DNA of 64,000 bases from Eledone cirrhosa (taxonomy: Eukaryota). Positions 31,011 to 45,557 of this stretch are shown piece by piece. The notes under the pieces were generated by a model that worked only from the letters and a program-made list of their open reading frames with translations, had not been told where the DNA came from and made no database searches. The DNA lies in NCBI GenBank assembly GCA_964016885.1, contig OZ024741.1, positions 59,148,001-59,212,000 of the forward strand, written 5' to 3'. Position numbers and translations under genes: made by a program. Position 1 is the first letter of the stretch, and every line of letters starts with the position of its first letter.

Positions 31011-31149
31011 GTATATATATATGTATATATATACATATGTATATATATATATATGTATATATATATATGTATATATATGTATATATATATATGTATATAT
31101 ATATAAATATGTATATATATATGTATATATATATATGTATATATATATG

Positions 31150-31180
<31 letters not shown>

Positions 31181-31207
31181 GTATATATATATGTATATAT
31201 ATATATG

Positions 31208-31254
<47 letters not shown>

Positions 31255-31255
31255 G

Positions 31256-31302
<47 letters not shown>

Positions 31303-31303
31303 G

Positions 31304-31336
<33 letters not shown>

Positions 31337-31363
31337 GTATATATATATGTATATATATATATG

Positions 31364-31410
<47 letters not shown>

Positions 31411-31411
31411 G

Positions 31412-31462
<51 letters not shown>

Positions 31463-31545
31463 GTATATATATATGTATATATATATGTATATATATATAT
31501 GTATATATATATGTATATATATATATATACATGTATATATATATG

Positions 31546-31578
<33 letters not shown>

Positions 31579-31609
31579 GTATATGTATATATATGTATAT
31601 ATATATATG

Positions 31610-31680
<71 letters not shown>

Positions 31681-31691
31681 GTATATATATG

Positions 31692-31740
<49 letters not shown>

Positions 31741-31752
31741 GTATATGTATAT

Positions 31753-31798
<46 letters not shown>

Positions 31799-31829
31799 GT
31801 ATATATATGTATATATATGTATATATATG

Positions 31830-31892
<63 letters not shown>

Positions 31893-32020
31893 GTATATAT
31901 ATATATGTATATATATGTATATATGTATATATATATGTACATATATATGTATATATGTATATATATATATATATATGTACATATATATGTATATATATGT
32001 ATATATATATATATGTATAT

Positions 32021-32054
<34 letters not shown>

Positions 32055-32079
32055 ATGTACATATATATGTATATATATG

Positions 32080-32110
<31 letters not shown>

Positions 32111-32117
32111 GTACATA

Positions 32118-32164
<47 letters not shown>

Positions 32165-32178
32165 GTGTATATATATAA

Positions 32179-32221
<43 letters not shown>

Positions 32222-32249
32222 TATATATATATATATGTACATATATATG

Positions 32250-32300
<51 letters not shown>

Positions 32301-32347
32301 GTACATATATATGTATATATATATATATATATATGTACATATATATG

Positions 32348-32403
<56 letters not shown>

Positions 32404-32405
32404 TA

Positions 32406-32457
<52 letters not shown>

Positions 32458-32459
32458 TA

Positions 32460-32513
<54 letters not shown>

Positions 32514-32535
32514 TGTATATATATGTATATATATG

Positions 32536-32568
<33 letters not shown>

Positions 32569-32609
32569 GTATATATATATGTATATATATATGTATATAT
32601 ATATATATG

Positions 32610-32654
<45 letters not shown>

Positions 32655-32701
32655 GTATATATATATGTATATATATATATGTATATATATATATGTATAT
32701 A

Positions 32702-32740
<39 letters not shown>

Positions 32741-32744
<4 letters not shown>

Positions 32745-33402
32745 AAGAGAGTATTGAAGTTTGCTTGAAGCATTGTGGAACAATAAGTAAATATCTATAA
32801 GTCGTTTGGAAGCCTCGACAATGCAAATGGGTAAATCTCCGGGTAACAAGGTCCGGTGGTGGAGAGAGAGATGTAAGTGGGTGTACGTTGAGCTGCGTGG
32901 TGTGTATAAGATGTGTGAGATGTGTAGAATGGAGGGAAGAGTAAAAGGCTAAAAATAAAAATAACAACACAAGAGAGAGTTACCTTGGGAGAGATTTAAT
33001 AGTCCCTATATATTTCGGATTCACATCCATCAACTGGGGTTTTTTTCCGGGGTGGGGGAAAAGGTTGTCTGTCGATATTCAAATCAGCAAACAGCGAAAG
33101 TCGCCTTCCGGACTTGTCCGACAGACAACCTTTTCCCCCACCCCGGAAAAAAACCCCAGTTGATGGATGTGAATCCGAAATATATAGGGACTATTAAATC
33201 TCTCCCAAGGTAACTCTCTCTTGTGTTGTTATTTTTATTTTTAGCCTTTTACTCTTCCCTCCATTCTACACATCTCACACATCTTATACACACCACGCAG
33301 CTCAACGTACACCCACTTACATCTCTCTCTCCACCACCGGACCTTGTTACCCGGAGATTTACCCATTTGCATTGTCGAGGCTTCCAAACGACTTATAGAT
33401 AT
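32741..33402. mobile_element. Fold-back element copy 3
   Basis: Same spacer and ends; arms appear perfectly complementary. Confidence 0.92.
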
Positions 33403-33421
33403 ATATGTATATATACATATG

Positions 33422-33498
<77 letters not shown>

Positions 33499-33551
33499 AT
33501 ATATATGTATATATATCTATATATATATGTATATATATATGTATATATATG

Positions 33552-33586
<35 letters not shown>

Positions 33587-33597
33587 GTATATATATG

Positions 33598-33652
<55 letters not shown>

Positions 33653-33718
33653 GTATATATATATATGTATATATATATATGTATATATATGTATATATAT
33701 ATATATGTATATATATAC

Positions 33719-33774
<56 letters not shown>

Positions 33775-33859
33775 TATATACATTATATACATTATATATA
33801 TATATATATATATACATTATATACATTATATACATTATATATATATGTATATATATAAT

Positions 33860-34577
33860 ACAACATCGAAACTAGTCCAATATTCCTTGTCTGGCTTTCT
33901 GGAGAATAGAGGAAAGGTGTTTCCTCGAAAACCAGTATGACTCTAAAAACCGGTTTGTCTGTGTGTTTACATACAGAATAGCTGGACACTCACAGAAAAG
34001 TGTCCAGTGAAAAACTCGGTACATCTACATATGTACACGTGTGTGTATTCATATGCATACTAGTATTTCAGTATACATATGTGGATGTACATTTTTAACT
34101 TAATTGTTTAAGCGTCAGTCATACAAAAGTGAGTTACAAACGAAACAAAATTTAATTTCGTTTCGTTATTTGTTTTTATCGTCTCCGCTGAACCGGTACG
34201 TACTCACGCTCTATGCAAATTAGTCTGCCCACTACTAATTTTCATAGAAAAAGCATATAACGATATGTGCTTTTACGATTCTCTAGAAAGGCCGGAAGAT
34301 AGGTAAATATTGCTGATGAGATGTAACAACATCGAAACTAGTCCAATATTCCTTGTCTGGCTTTCTGGAGAATAGAGGAAAGGCTTTTCCTCGAAAACCA
34401 GTATGACTCTAAAAACCGGTTTGTCTGTGTGTTTACATACAGAATAGCTGGACACTCACAGTAAAGTGTCCAGTGAAAAACTCGGTACATCTACATATGT
34501 ACACGTGTGTGTATTCATATGCATACTAGTATTTCAGTATACATATGTGGATGTACATTTTTAACTTAATTGTTTAT
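33860..34577 (+). mobile_element. Retrozyme-like element, about 1.5 tandem copies of a 466-bp unit
   Basis: 33860-34110 repeated at 34326-34577; canonical HHR. Confidence 0.88.
34306..34350 (+). ncRNA. Canonical minimal type I hammerhead ribozyme
   Basis: aatattg CTGATGA gatgt aaca acatc GAAA CTAG TC caatatt. Confidence 0.93.
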
Positions 34578-34590
34578 ATGTATATATATA

Positions 34591-35263
34591 TAAATATAAG
34601 TATGTATACGTACGTACACATATGTATACAGACGTACTGTAGTATGTATATATATATACATACTTGCACACATATATATATATGTACGTATGAATTCACC
34701 AAACATTTATTATAATGCTCGGTGTGTTTGTAAACAAACATCCCGAATTAAACTGTAGTGTCTAGCAACCACCGTTAATCGTTTGTTCAACACTGACAAA
34801 GGAACACTGTACTAGTTTCAAGCTTGTTAGCTATCGTCAGCAACGTATACTTTCCTGCCAGATTGTTGAACGTATATACTTACCGTATGCATATTAAAGG
34901 ATGAGTAGCCCAATTTACATATCGAGTGGGTTAATCGGCCGGGTGCACCGAAAACGATAAACGGAAAAAAGGAAACGAAATTTCATTTCCCACTCTTAGT
35001 ACGGCTGTTACTTAAATATAAGTATGTACACGTACATACATATATGTATACAGACGTACAGTAGTATGTATATATATATATATATATAGATACTTGCACA
35101 CATATATATATATGTACGTATGGATTCACCAAACATTTATTATAATGCTCGGTGTGTTTGTAAACAAACATCCCGTATTAAGCCGTAGTGTCTAGCAACC
35201 ACCATTGCTCGTTTGTTCAACACTGTCAAAGGAACACTGGCAGGAAGGTATACGTTGCTGACG
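34591..35263 (-). mobile_element. Retrozyme-like element, about 1.5 copies of a 422-bp unit plus a short inversion
   Basis: 34591-34809 repeated at 35013-35239; 35237-35263 is an inverted copy of 34836-34862. Confidence 0.85.
34804..34846 (-). ncRNA. Minimal hammerhead ribozyme
   Basis: acgttg CTGACGA t agc taacaa gct t GAAA CTAG TA cagtgt. Confidence 0.88.
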
Positions 35264-35714
35264 TGGCTGGTTATATTTATATTTAATTGGTGATAGCTCT
35301 AAGACAGTGTTTAAGCATAATAGAAATGTATATGAAGACATGTATAAGCATATATAATACGTTTATATATGATAAACGTATGGGTAGCCTCGTTGTTTAT
35401 ATATGTTTTCATATATACCTCTATTATTCTTAAACGCAGTCTTAGTGCTATCACCAAATAGATATAAGAAGGTTTGATGCTTTTTATCTTTCTTAACATT
35501 CGTGTATAGCAACCATCTAAAGCTTTGGTAATAGGTATTATTGGTGACTATGATTCACAGGAATACAGTATGATTGATTCCACTGTAGCTTTGAATAATC
35601 TAACTTTTGTTTTTGTGGTTATGCTAGATTTCCACACACCTTATCTAACGAGTTCACAGCAGACCATGCTTGTGCTATCCTGTTGGTTATATCATTTGAT
35701 GAGTTGGTGTATGC

Positions 35715-36600
35715 ATGTGGACAAAAAGAAACAGATCATTAGAAACTGACATATATTTCAAACCTACTGACTGCCGACAATACCTCCTATTTACACCTTC
35801 TCGTCCATCACACACTAGTACCAACATCCCTTTTAACTTACCCATTCAAATCTGTACAATAGTCTCAAACTACAAAATGAGTGACCACAGACCAGAAGAA
35901 ATGAAACAAATACATCTCAAGAGAAAATATCCTTAGAAATTAATCAACAATAGTTTCCAATAAGCAAGTCAAATCAATATCCAAACACTCCAAGACCCAA
36001 AAACAAAACTAGAAAAAAAGTAATACCATATATTTCAACTTTCAATCCAAAGACCACTGAGATATGCACACACATATACATATACAACTAAACTTACCTA
36101 TCTTACTAAAAGAGAAGAAAATGAAAAACATCTTACAAAAACACCCAATCATAAAAAGTTAATGACAACCAAAATCACTAAAAAGAAATACTAACGAATG
36201 CAAAACTGCAAATCATTACTAAAGAATCTGAATTTAAAAGGTGCAATCAACCTTACTGGGGAGTATGCAATGAATTTAATTTCAAAGACAGTCCCATCTT
36301 TGAAATTAAAAATAATTTATCTTGCAACTCGCAGAACTAATATATTTTATAACATGTAATGGCTGACATGAACATTATATTGGACAAATTGGCTCTTCAC
36401 TCCAAAGATGAATGACAGTTCACTGTTAACAAATCAGGGACCCACACACTAGAAATATCGCTGTAAACCAACATATGGAGGAATTCTGCCAACTTCCCAT
36501 GTCCTCCCATTATACCAGTGTAATGAAAATTTCACCCAGGAAAATTGTATTAATAAGGAAAAATTCTTCATAAGTAAATTCCAATAAAAACTCAAGTTTT
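35715..36600 (+). pseudogene. Old PLE RT-thumb/GIY-YIG remnant, distinct family
   Basis: TDIYFKPTDCRQYL...NIPFNL..QICTIVS; downstream decayed ITCNG..EHYIGQ. Confidence 0.8.
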
Positions 36601-36979
36601 CTTATTTTAAAAAAAGCCTGAATTACGTCCCTTGTAATGAACCTTATTCTCATCGATATAAGCGACGAAGATAAAACCAGTTGTGACCCTTGAGTTCAAC
36701 AAAAAACAAGCAGCCAACCACATGAGATAAGCATAAAGGAAAAACATTTTTCGAAAGACTGTAATGGAAATCTTTTTGTAAAGACTGTAAACACAGCTGA
36801 AACCAGTAAAAGTAAACAAAAATATATAAATAATCATCAAATTATTTGAATTCAGAAACTTTCTAAATAACCAAAAGATCAGTCATTGCATTTTTTAAAC
36901 ATTATTTTCCCTATAACACCCAAAGAAACCCATAACATTTTAATTTTTTCACTATATATATATATATATATATATACAT

Positions 36980-37015
<36 letters not shown>

Positions 37016-37819
37016 ATTTCTTGATTTAGAATATTCCAGAACTATATATATCTAATGCATCTAGCACTGTTTATTGGTTTAGGAAGTCATAACCATTCTT
37101 TATTTAATTTCTTTCTCTCTCACACACACACAAGCTACTAATGTAATTCTAATCAAAATATTTACATCTTAGAAATGAGAGCGTCAGGTAGAGAGAGAGA
37201 GCAATGAAATTTAATAAGATTAAATTTACAAAGATTGTAATTAATTTGAAACATCATTTGAATTTGACTCCGAATAAGATTTAGTTAATAATTTCTTCAC
37301 AATGTTGATTTATTTCAAAATACATTTATCTTATTTTAAAAAATGTTATGCATTTTAAAAGATATATAAATATTTTTACTTGTTCCAGTCATTTGACTGC
37401 TGCCATGCTGGAGCACTATCCTAAAGGAATTTAATCAATCATATAGAATTGCTAAGTTACAGGACATAAAGAAGCACTAAACATAAACACAAACATGGAC
37501 ATACGCAATATGTACTAATTATTTACGAACATTTCAACAAATTATTGGCATAAATTGTCTGATAGGTATCTACATATTGTTGGTACTCCATCAAGTTAGA
37601 AAAGTTGGTAGCAATATAGGTGAATGCCCGATTACATGGCATATATTAAAAAAGGTTCTTTATTGAGGCTAACTTGTCCAACTGTTACATAGAGTTACTA
37701 CAAAGAGTCAATTGGAGGCACTATTGTTACATACAGTATGACTTGAGCATTTGAATCTGGTGGACCCTATCCTTCTCCAGGTCTGAACACAACCAATTTC
37801 TTCCAGTGAAAGAGAGAGA

Positions 37820-38280
37820 AAAGGTAGAATTGACCCCAGTACTAGATTAATACTTTATCAATGCTGAATGGACGATAAAGGCAAAGTTGACCTCAGTGAG
37901 ATTTGAACTCAAGGTGCAGAGAGACAGAGTAAATACAGCAAAGTATTCCATTGGACATTCTAACACCTCTGCCAATTCGCTGCCTTATTTCAAAGAATAC
38001 TGAGAGTGAAAATAGAATTATTACAGGCTAGTGAGCCCTGCTGTTAAACATGACAACGATTCACATATACATATTTATTTTAGGCACAAGACCTACAAAT
38101 TTGGTGAAAGGGCTAGGTTGAATAAACTAACCCCAGTACTTGACTAGTGCTTTATTTTATCTATCCCAGAAGAATGAAAGGCAAAGTTAACCTCAGTGGG
38201 ATTTTAACTCAGTATGTAAAGAGCAAGAACAAATACTTGCAATGCTATCCACCACTCTACCAATTCTGCCAATCCTCCAT
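37820..38280 (-). mobile_element. Two diverged SINE A copies
   Basis: AAAGGCAAAGTT(G/A)ACCTCAGTG..ATTT.AACTCA at about 37877 and 38176. Confidence 0.7.
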
Positions 38281-40004
38281 CCTTATGTATATTAAAAGTT
38301 ATTCATATTCATGCAAAAGAATGGTAGACAAAGTCTACAGTTTAAAGCCATGACATTGGATAGATTGGATTGGAAGGATAACTGGCCATTGGAATCCTTC
38401 AAAATGTACATCGTTAAGAAATTACAGACCAATATTGTATTAACGTTTACTGTTATAAATGTAAACGCTGTTACTTTTACTCTTTCTACCTCTATTTCTC
38501 TGCCCCCCCCCTCTCTATTTCTCTCAGTTCCCCAACAGGTACATAGAATTATAAATAATACTGAGTGAAAAGAGAATTAATATACATAATAGTGAGTGGA
38601 AAGTGTGTAAAAGAATTACTACAACGACATTATATGTTTAACTGGACACATTTCAATGAATAATTTTATTGTAAAAGTTGACGTCTTGGGATTATTATGT
38701 TCAACATAATTGTATGAAATTGACTCATGTCGATATATTATTGGAAATACTTCTAGTTTTGATGAGTTAGAATGGAACACTTTTTTCGATAAAGCTCTGT
38801 ATTTGGAAAATATTCTATCTTTGACATATATATTTAACTTGATTCTATAGTGTGAAACTTCTTAGATATATAGCTGCTAGAATTCTCGACTACATTAAAT
38901 ATCGTTCAGATTTCAGCCAAAAAAGAACAAAAACAAAATATGAACAGCGATCAATATGAAAAGAAATATTAGAATCGAAAATGAACATGGCGCCATCGAT
39001 AGAGTAATTGTTATAGAGTTGTCGACTTTTTATTTATATTATTTTTATTTTTACATTTGTGTAGAAAATTTCAATCGATTATTTCGGTTTTGCTTAAATC
39101 GTTCACCCAACGCCTGGGTTAGCTTTGTGAAAATTCTTTTGCTATTTTTCTTAAAGAAGGAGTTTACATTATGGTGCCATTCATATTGTTGTTCTGTAAG
39201 GCGCCTCTCTGTCTTCGATACAACCAATTCTTTGAACAATGTTTATTCTTTTATATGCTTATTTTAACTTGTTTTGGGGCCATGCTGAATATAAAAGACT
39301 ATTATTACCATTGCAGCCAGTAGAGAAAGAAAGCCAAAACAAAAACTACTGATTAGATTTAGAAATAAAATAAACACAGTTATAAGAAAGATGGTGTTGG
39401 GATGATTAACATGTCCAGACATGACAATGGCCATTTCTGCATGAGAAAATCAAACTATTGATCACGCATGTTTGTGATTCTCATCAAATACTACGTATTT
39501 ATTGATAATAAATTTTTTGAAAAATATTTTATTTTATAAACAACCGGTTGACTTAAGAAACATTAGCAAATTCGAAATTTGGATTGTTGTTGTCCCAAAG
39601 TAAATTACTATAATAATACTCAATTGCTATAAATAATAGTTGAAAAAATTGGGTAAAGTACCTCTGCATATAGAAAAAAAGGGCAACAGAAGCATCTGTT
39701 CATATTTTCCTGTCTCCAGGTGTGTTTTAGAAAGAGGCACCTCTGTCCACTTTTTTCCATCTCCAGGGACACTTTATCAAATTTGGTCATCTATTATTTA
39801 TAATGATCCACTATAAATAAAAGATCAACAACATCATTTCAAATTTTGGCATTGTTTCTTAAGATGTTAACATATTTTACATTTCTAGATTACTTTAAAA
39901 ACTGTATGAACAATTCCAGGGTCGAAGTAAAGTAACTAAATACAAAGTGTAGATAAAATGGATGATTCCATTTAAATACAAAGTTTTCATTGATGAAAAA
40001 GAAG

Positions 40005-40760
40005 GGGAAGGAAAAGAGTCGATTGTCAGATCAGGCCAAGGAAAAGATTTTTCCATTGATCTTTCTATTGATAATACTATCTGCCAGTCACAACTTCTGG
40101 CAGAAGAAAAGAACCAATCATCAGATCAGACAAAGGAAACAATGTTTCTATTGGTCTTGCCATTGCTAATGCTATTTGTTAGTTGTAACTCATGACAGAA
40201 GAAAGGATTTGATTGTTAGATCCGACAAACAAAGCAATGTTTACATTTGATCTTTCCATCGCTGATACTATCTATTAGTCACAACTCATGGCAGAAGAAT
40301 GGATCCGATTGTTAGATCCAACTAACGAAGCAATGTTTACATTTGATCTTTCCATTGCTGATACTATCTGCTGGTCTCAACTCATGGCAGAAGAAAGGAT
40401 CTGATTATCAGATTGAATCAAGGAAACAATATTTCCATTGGTCTTTCTATTGATGATACTATCTATCAGTCATAAATCCTGGCTGAAGAAATGATCTGAT
40501 TATCAGATTGGACCATGGAAACAATGTTTCCATTTGTCTTTCCATTGCTGATACTATCTGTTAGTGACAACACCTGACAGAAGAAAGGAGCTGAATGTCA
40601 GATCAGGCCAAGGAAATAATGTTTCCATTGATCTTTCCATTGCTGATACTATCTGCTGATCACAACTGCTGGAAGAAGAAGAAAGGAACCAATCATCATA
40701 TCAGACCAAGGAAACAATGTTTGCATTGGTCTTCCCATTGCTGATACTATCCACCAGTCA
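40005..40760. repeat. Minisatellite, about 96-bp unit, about 8 copies
   Basis: CAGAAGAA recurs near 40100, 40196, 40291, 40387, 40482, 40577 and 40671. Confidence 0.9.
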
Positions 40761-41082
40761 CTACATGAAATAAGGCATTTTGCTCAAGAACATAGCACAC
40801 CAGCTGGTTAAGAAATCAAAACCATGACTTTATATTACTGATTCCAAAACACCTTTGCCACTTGGCCACATGCCTTCAAATAAAATATTTTGCTCCAGAA
40901 CACATGTTGCCCTGTTTAGGAATTGAAACACTGACATTATGATTATAAGTTTAAAACATCCTAAACACGAGGTCACATGCCTTCGCATTCATAAGATATC
41001 TCAAGAAAATGTCTTATATGCATGTTACGTTTTATAATGGAAATAATGTTTTCAGAACAGGAAATAAATTTGAAAAACAGCT

Positions 41083-41481
41083 CTGTAGTGGTTCCCAAAC
41101 TGTGCACCTCGGTACACTGGTTTGCTGCAAAGATGTAATTATGTGTGTGATGCAATGTAATTAAGTATGCCACACGAAAGCAAGAGAGTATTTCAAATTA
41201 TGAAATTCATTATAAAATTCATATATAACTGTCAAAATGGAAACAACTGAATGAAGAATGAAAAAATTGCTAAATAACACAAAATGTTTCTCATTTATTA
41301 ACTAAAGAAGGAAGTACAAATAATTTTTCTGTATTTTTTAATTATCTATATTTCTACTTTATCCGATACTAATATGCATAAATACCTTTTTTGAATAAAT
41401 ACCTTAGGTACAAGGTGCACTAAAATATTTTTACTTGTTCTAAAATATACTGTGTGTAATAAACAAGCTTTGGAACAACTG
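41083..41481. mobile_element. Putative hAT-like MITE
   Basis: TAGTGGTTCCCAAAC ... CTTTGGAACAACTG imperfect terminal inverted repeats. Confidence 0.4.
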
Positions 41482-42485
41482 TGTTAAGATACAGGTCTCT
41501 TCACTGAAAGTTTATGATTTTGAAATTTTTAAAGGGATTAAGTTGTTCTGTTTAGAATAATATATTGTAGGAGCCTAAGTACTGCAGCATCCTGATAAAA
41601 GCTCCAAAAATATCATAGTTGGCTGGGGTTGTGTTATTTTGTTGTGAATCTATATATTCTACAAAAGTAGTGCTGATATGATAAAGATTGTTGAACAGTC
41701 AACAGGATAACTCAAGTTAGAGATATTGAAAAGAAAGCCTCAATATTTGAAACGCATCCAAGCCTTATGGCATCATAAAGAATAATTTTAAAGAATTTGC
41801 GCTTTCATGCTAAGAGTTCGCATGAAAATATTGATAAAATCCCTCTTCGAAATGTTGTGAAGGTATAATTTGTAATGGTGGAGAGGTCGAGAAAAATTAC
41901 CGTTTAGTGATGGCGGTTATTCTAACCAAACTATCTATGCTGAGAGTGTGAGCGAGGAAACAAAGTATAGAAAAGTACAAAAGAAAAAAAATAATATATA
42001 AGTTTCTTTCAAAAACAAGCTATGATCACAATTATTCGGTTAGCTTTCATAAATTGGCAAACATGTTGATTTCGATGGAATCTTCTCTACTGAACAACTC
42101 CGAGGCACACATACAAACATGCAAGCAAAGATACAGAGATAGACATATATACACTTGTGCACATAAACATACATGCATACATATATATATATGCTCTAGA
42201 ATATATATATATATATAAATATGTTTACATATGCATATTTACACATTTATGATGGGTTACACTGACATATAAAAATATATTGGAACGGAAATATGTCTTA
42301 AACAGAGTTCAAGATGTATTAATTTGAAAACGAAAACATATATATAGGCAGATATCATTCACAAAACAGCCATATACTCATATAAAAAATATATATGTAA
42401 TATAAATATAAATGGGTATACATGCATTCACACACACGTGTGTATATATATATTTATTTTTATATATACATACACATATACATAC

Positions 42486-42523
<38 letters not shown>

Positions 42524-42557
42524 TTTTATATATACACACACACACATATACATACCC

Positions 42558-42595
<38 letters not shown>

Positions 42596-42795
42596 TTATG
42601 CAGAAGAACCTCACTACCTAGAAAAGATTGCAGAGTCAAGAAACCTGCCAAATAATCCCTTCAGGGCAACAGTAAAACACAGAAAGACAGAGAGGTGCAG
42701 TGTAGATAAAGCAAAGAGGTGGAGAGAGAAAGCCCTACAGGTCAACAGTAAACCACAAACACTGTAGAATATATCTGTTTTACGATTGATAGACA

Positions 42796-42846
<51 letters not shown>

Positions 42847-43051
42847 TGTGTGTGTGTATATATATATACATATATGTGTGTGTGTATATATATATACATA
42901 TATATATGTGTGTATATATATATATATATATGTTCACCAAGCAGGGAAAAGCGGACGTAAAATGATGATGATGATATATATATGTACACCATATATATAT
43001 ATATAAATATATATGGTGTACATATATATATGTGGTGTACATATATATGTA

Positions 43052-43132
<81 letters not shown>

Positions 43133-43374
43133 AAGACAGGAAGCAAAAGGAGAAAGAGAGAGAATATATGTGTATGAGAAAGCTGCCATATACAAGAAGA
43201 AAAAATGATCTACACATGTAAAGCAATAGATTGTGGTGCTGAGATGAAGGATTTGTGAGTTATCATTGAATGTAAAATATGACAGTGGGAAGGGATATTC
43301 CAAAAGAACATACATAATTATCATCATTACCATCATTATAAAAGCTGTAATACGCCTCCTTCTCCTCCTCCACC

Positions 43375-43405
<31 letters not shown>

Positions 43406-43565
43406 AATTATGATTTAACATCCGGTTTTCCTGGAAAATCTAGATATAATGACCACTGCAGTTTGAAATAATAAAACACACATATACAATCATGGAAATG
43501 GACCTTAAATGATGATGATGATGACACATACATACACACTGTGTGTATATATATATATATATATA

Positions 43566-45235
43566 ATAATGAAATGACAGGAGGCTGGATTTGTGTAAAT
43601 CCTTGAAAGGTTTATTATACTATGATCATTTCAATGACCGGCGAACGAGCTCACCTGGAGTGCTTGGAAAAATAAATTTCCCTTTCTTTCAGTAAATGAA
43701 AATACTCGGCGTGGCTTAGTTTGCCATGGGGCCCGGGGCGCGGCCGGTGTTTTAACCGCCAAATAGTACCTTTAAATTACAGAACAAATCGGAACTATTA
43801 GATATATCAACCTGAAACTGTTGAGCTTTAAATTTTCTAACCTCTTTAATATGGAATATTGATTATTAATTTATTAATTTTTTAACTTCATCCTATAAGT
43901 CTAAACATTGTAACACATTGACCCCCAATATATTCACCTCTGCTAAGATGCGAGTCCCTGTGAAAATTTTGTTGCGCCACTCCTGGCCTGACTGTGGTGT
44001 GACATTAATATCGACCTTCCTTCCTCTCTCTTTCTATCTTCCTTCTCGTAGCTATCAACCATTACTCTTTTACTTCTCTAAGCAAAATTCTAAAGTTCCA
44101 ACTTTCTGTCGGACTGTTGGGTGGGTTTTGATGGCGGCGCGACCGGCTCCCTGGCGAACGAGCTCACCTGGAGTGCTTGGAAAAATAAATTTCCCCTTCT
44201 TTCAGTAAATGAAAATACTCGGCGTGGCTTAGTTCGCCATGGGGCCCGGGACGCGGCCGGTGTTTTAACCGCCAAATAGTACCTTTAAATTACAGAACAA
44301 ATCGGAACTATTAGATATATCAACCTGAAACTGTTGAGCTTTAAATTTTCTAACCTCTTTAATATGGAATATTGATTATTAATTTATTAATTTTTTAACT
44401 TCATCCTAGAAGTCTAAACACTGTAAAACACTGACTCCCAATATATTCACCTCTGCTAAGATGCGGGTCCCTGTGAAAATTTTCTCCCGCCACTCCTGGC
44501 TTGACTGTGGTCTGACATTAATATCGACCTTTCTTCCTCTTTCTTTCTATCTTCCTTCTTGTAGCCATCAACCCTTACTTTTCTACTTCTCTCTCCCATC
44601 CTTCTCTTCTCCCCTCCCCCTGTCTTCCTCCCGCAGAATTATCTTCCTTCCCCCTCTTGCTTGCCTATATCTGACCAGTAGTAGTTGCCTTCCTCTTTTA
44701 GCTGACATTAACCCTGGCTTCTCTACTTCTTTCTTCCCCCTTCTTCTCTCTCCTTCCTTTCTTTCTTTCTTTTACCTTGTGTCATGGGATCGACGTTAAC
44801 CTATGCTCCCATCCCTTTCTGTTTTCGTTCATCTGACCGGTAGTAGCATACTGTAAAATTTAGCCACGTCACTCCAGGGCGACCGGCTGAGGTTGAAGGA
44901 ACAGAATAGCGGTCGCCCTCGGGTCTCGATTTTCAGCCCCATGGATTTTACCTATTACATTCACGTATTATATTTCGAATACCTGATGATATCACCGGAT
45001 TCATACGGAACCCGGTCATTGAAATGATCATAGTATAATAAACCTTTCAAGGATTTACACAAATCCAGCCTCCTGTCATTTCATTATAATATTTAACTCC
45101 GTAATAGCACCACCAACTACAAAAACAAAGACGGTTGAACTGCTTTACGTTGAGTACTCTCTATATTATTGCATTACGATTGACCATACGGAATAGACCA
45201 GCTCTATACAGTGGTGAACCTCAAACCTGAATAAA
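43566..45235. mobile_element. Non-coding HHR element: inverted arms 43568-43640 and 45012-45086, internal about 440-bp direct repeat (43639 and 44153), extension to 45235
   Basis: Direct reading; (TA)n flanks. Confidence 0.88.
44979..45036 (+). ncRNA. Hammerhead ribozyme
   Basis: atac CTGATGA t atcaccgg...ccggtcat t GAAA TGATCA TA gtat. Confidence 0.87.
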
Positions 45236-45277
45236 TATATATATATATCACCATCATCATATATATATATATATGTA

Positions 45278-45319
<42 letters not shown>

Positions 45320-45471
45320 ATATATATATAATATATATATATACGTGATGTCCCAAAAAATGTATACATACTTCAATTACCTGTACAGGCAATATTTATT
45401 AGAATGCTGTTGAAGTGTGTATACATTTTGGGGGACACCCTGTATACATATATATATATCAATATCATCAT

Positions 45472-45511
<40 letters not shown>

Positions 45512-45516
45512 TATAC

Positions 45517-45557
<41 letters not shown>

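Noticed and set aside
38640-39700. Possible decayed DNA-transposase sequence (also 41520-42000 and 59300-60400)
   Set aside because: No catalytic motif or TIR pair could be verified by eye; needs tBLASTn
40005-40760. CRISPR array or repeat-protein exon
   Set aside because: No unique spacers, no cas genes, eukaryotic context, frame not preserved
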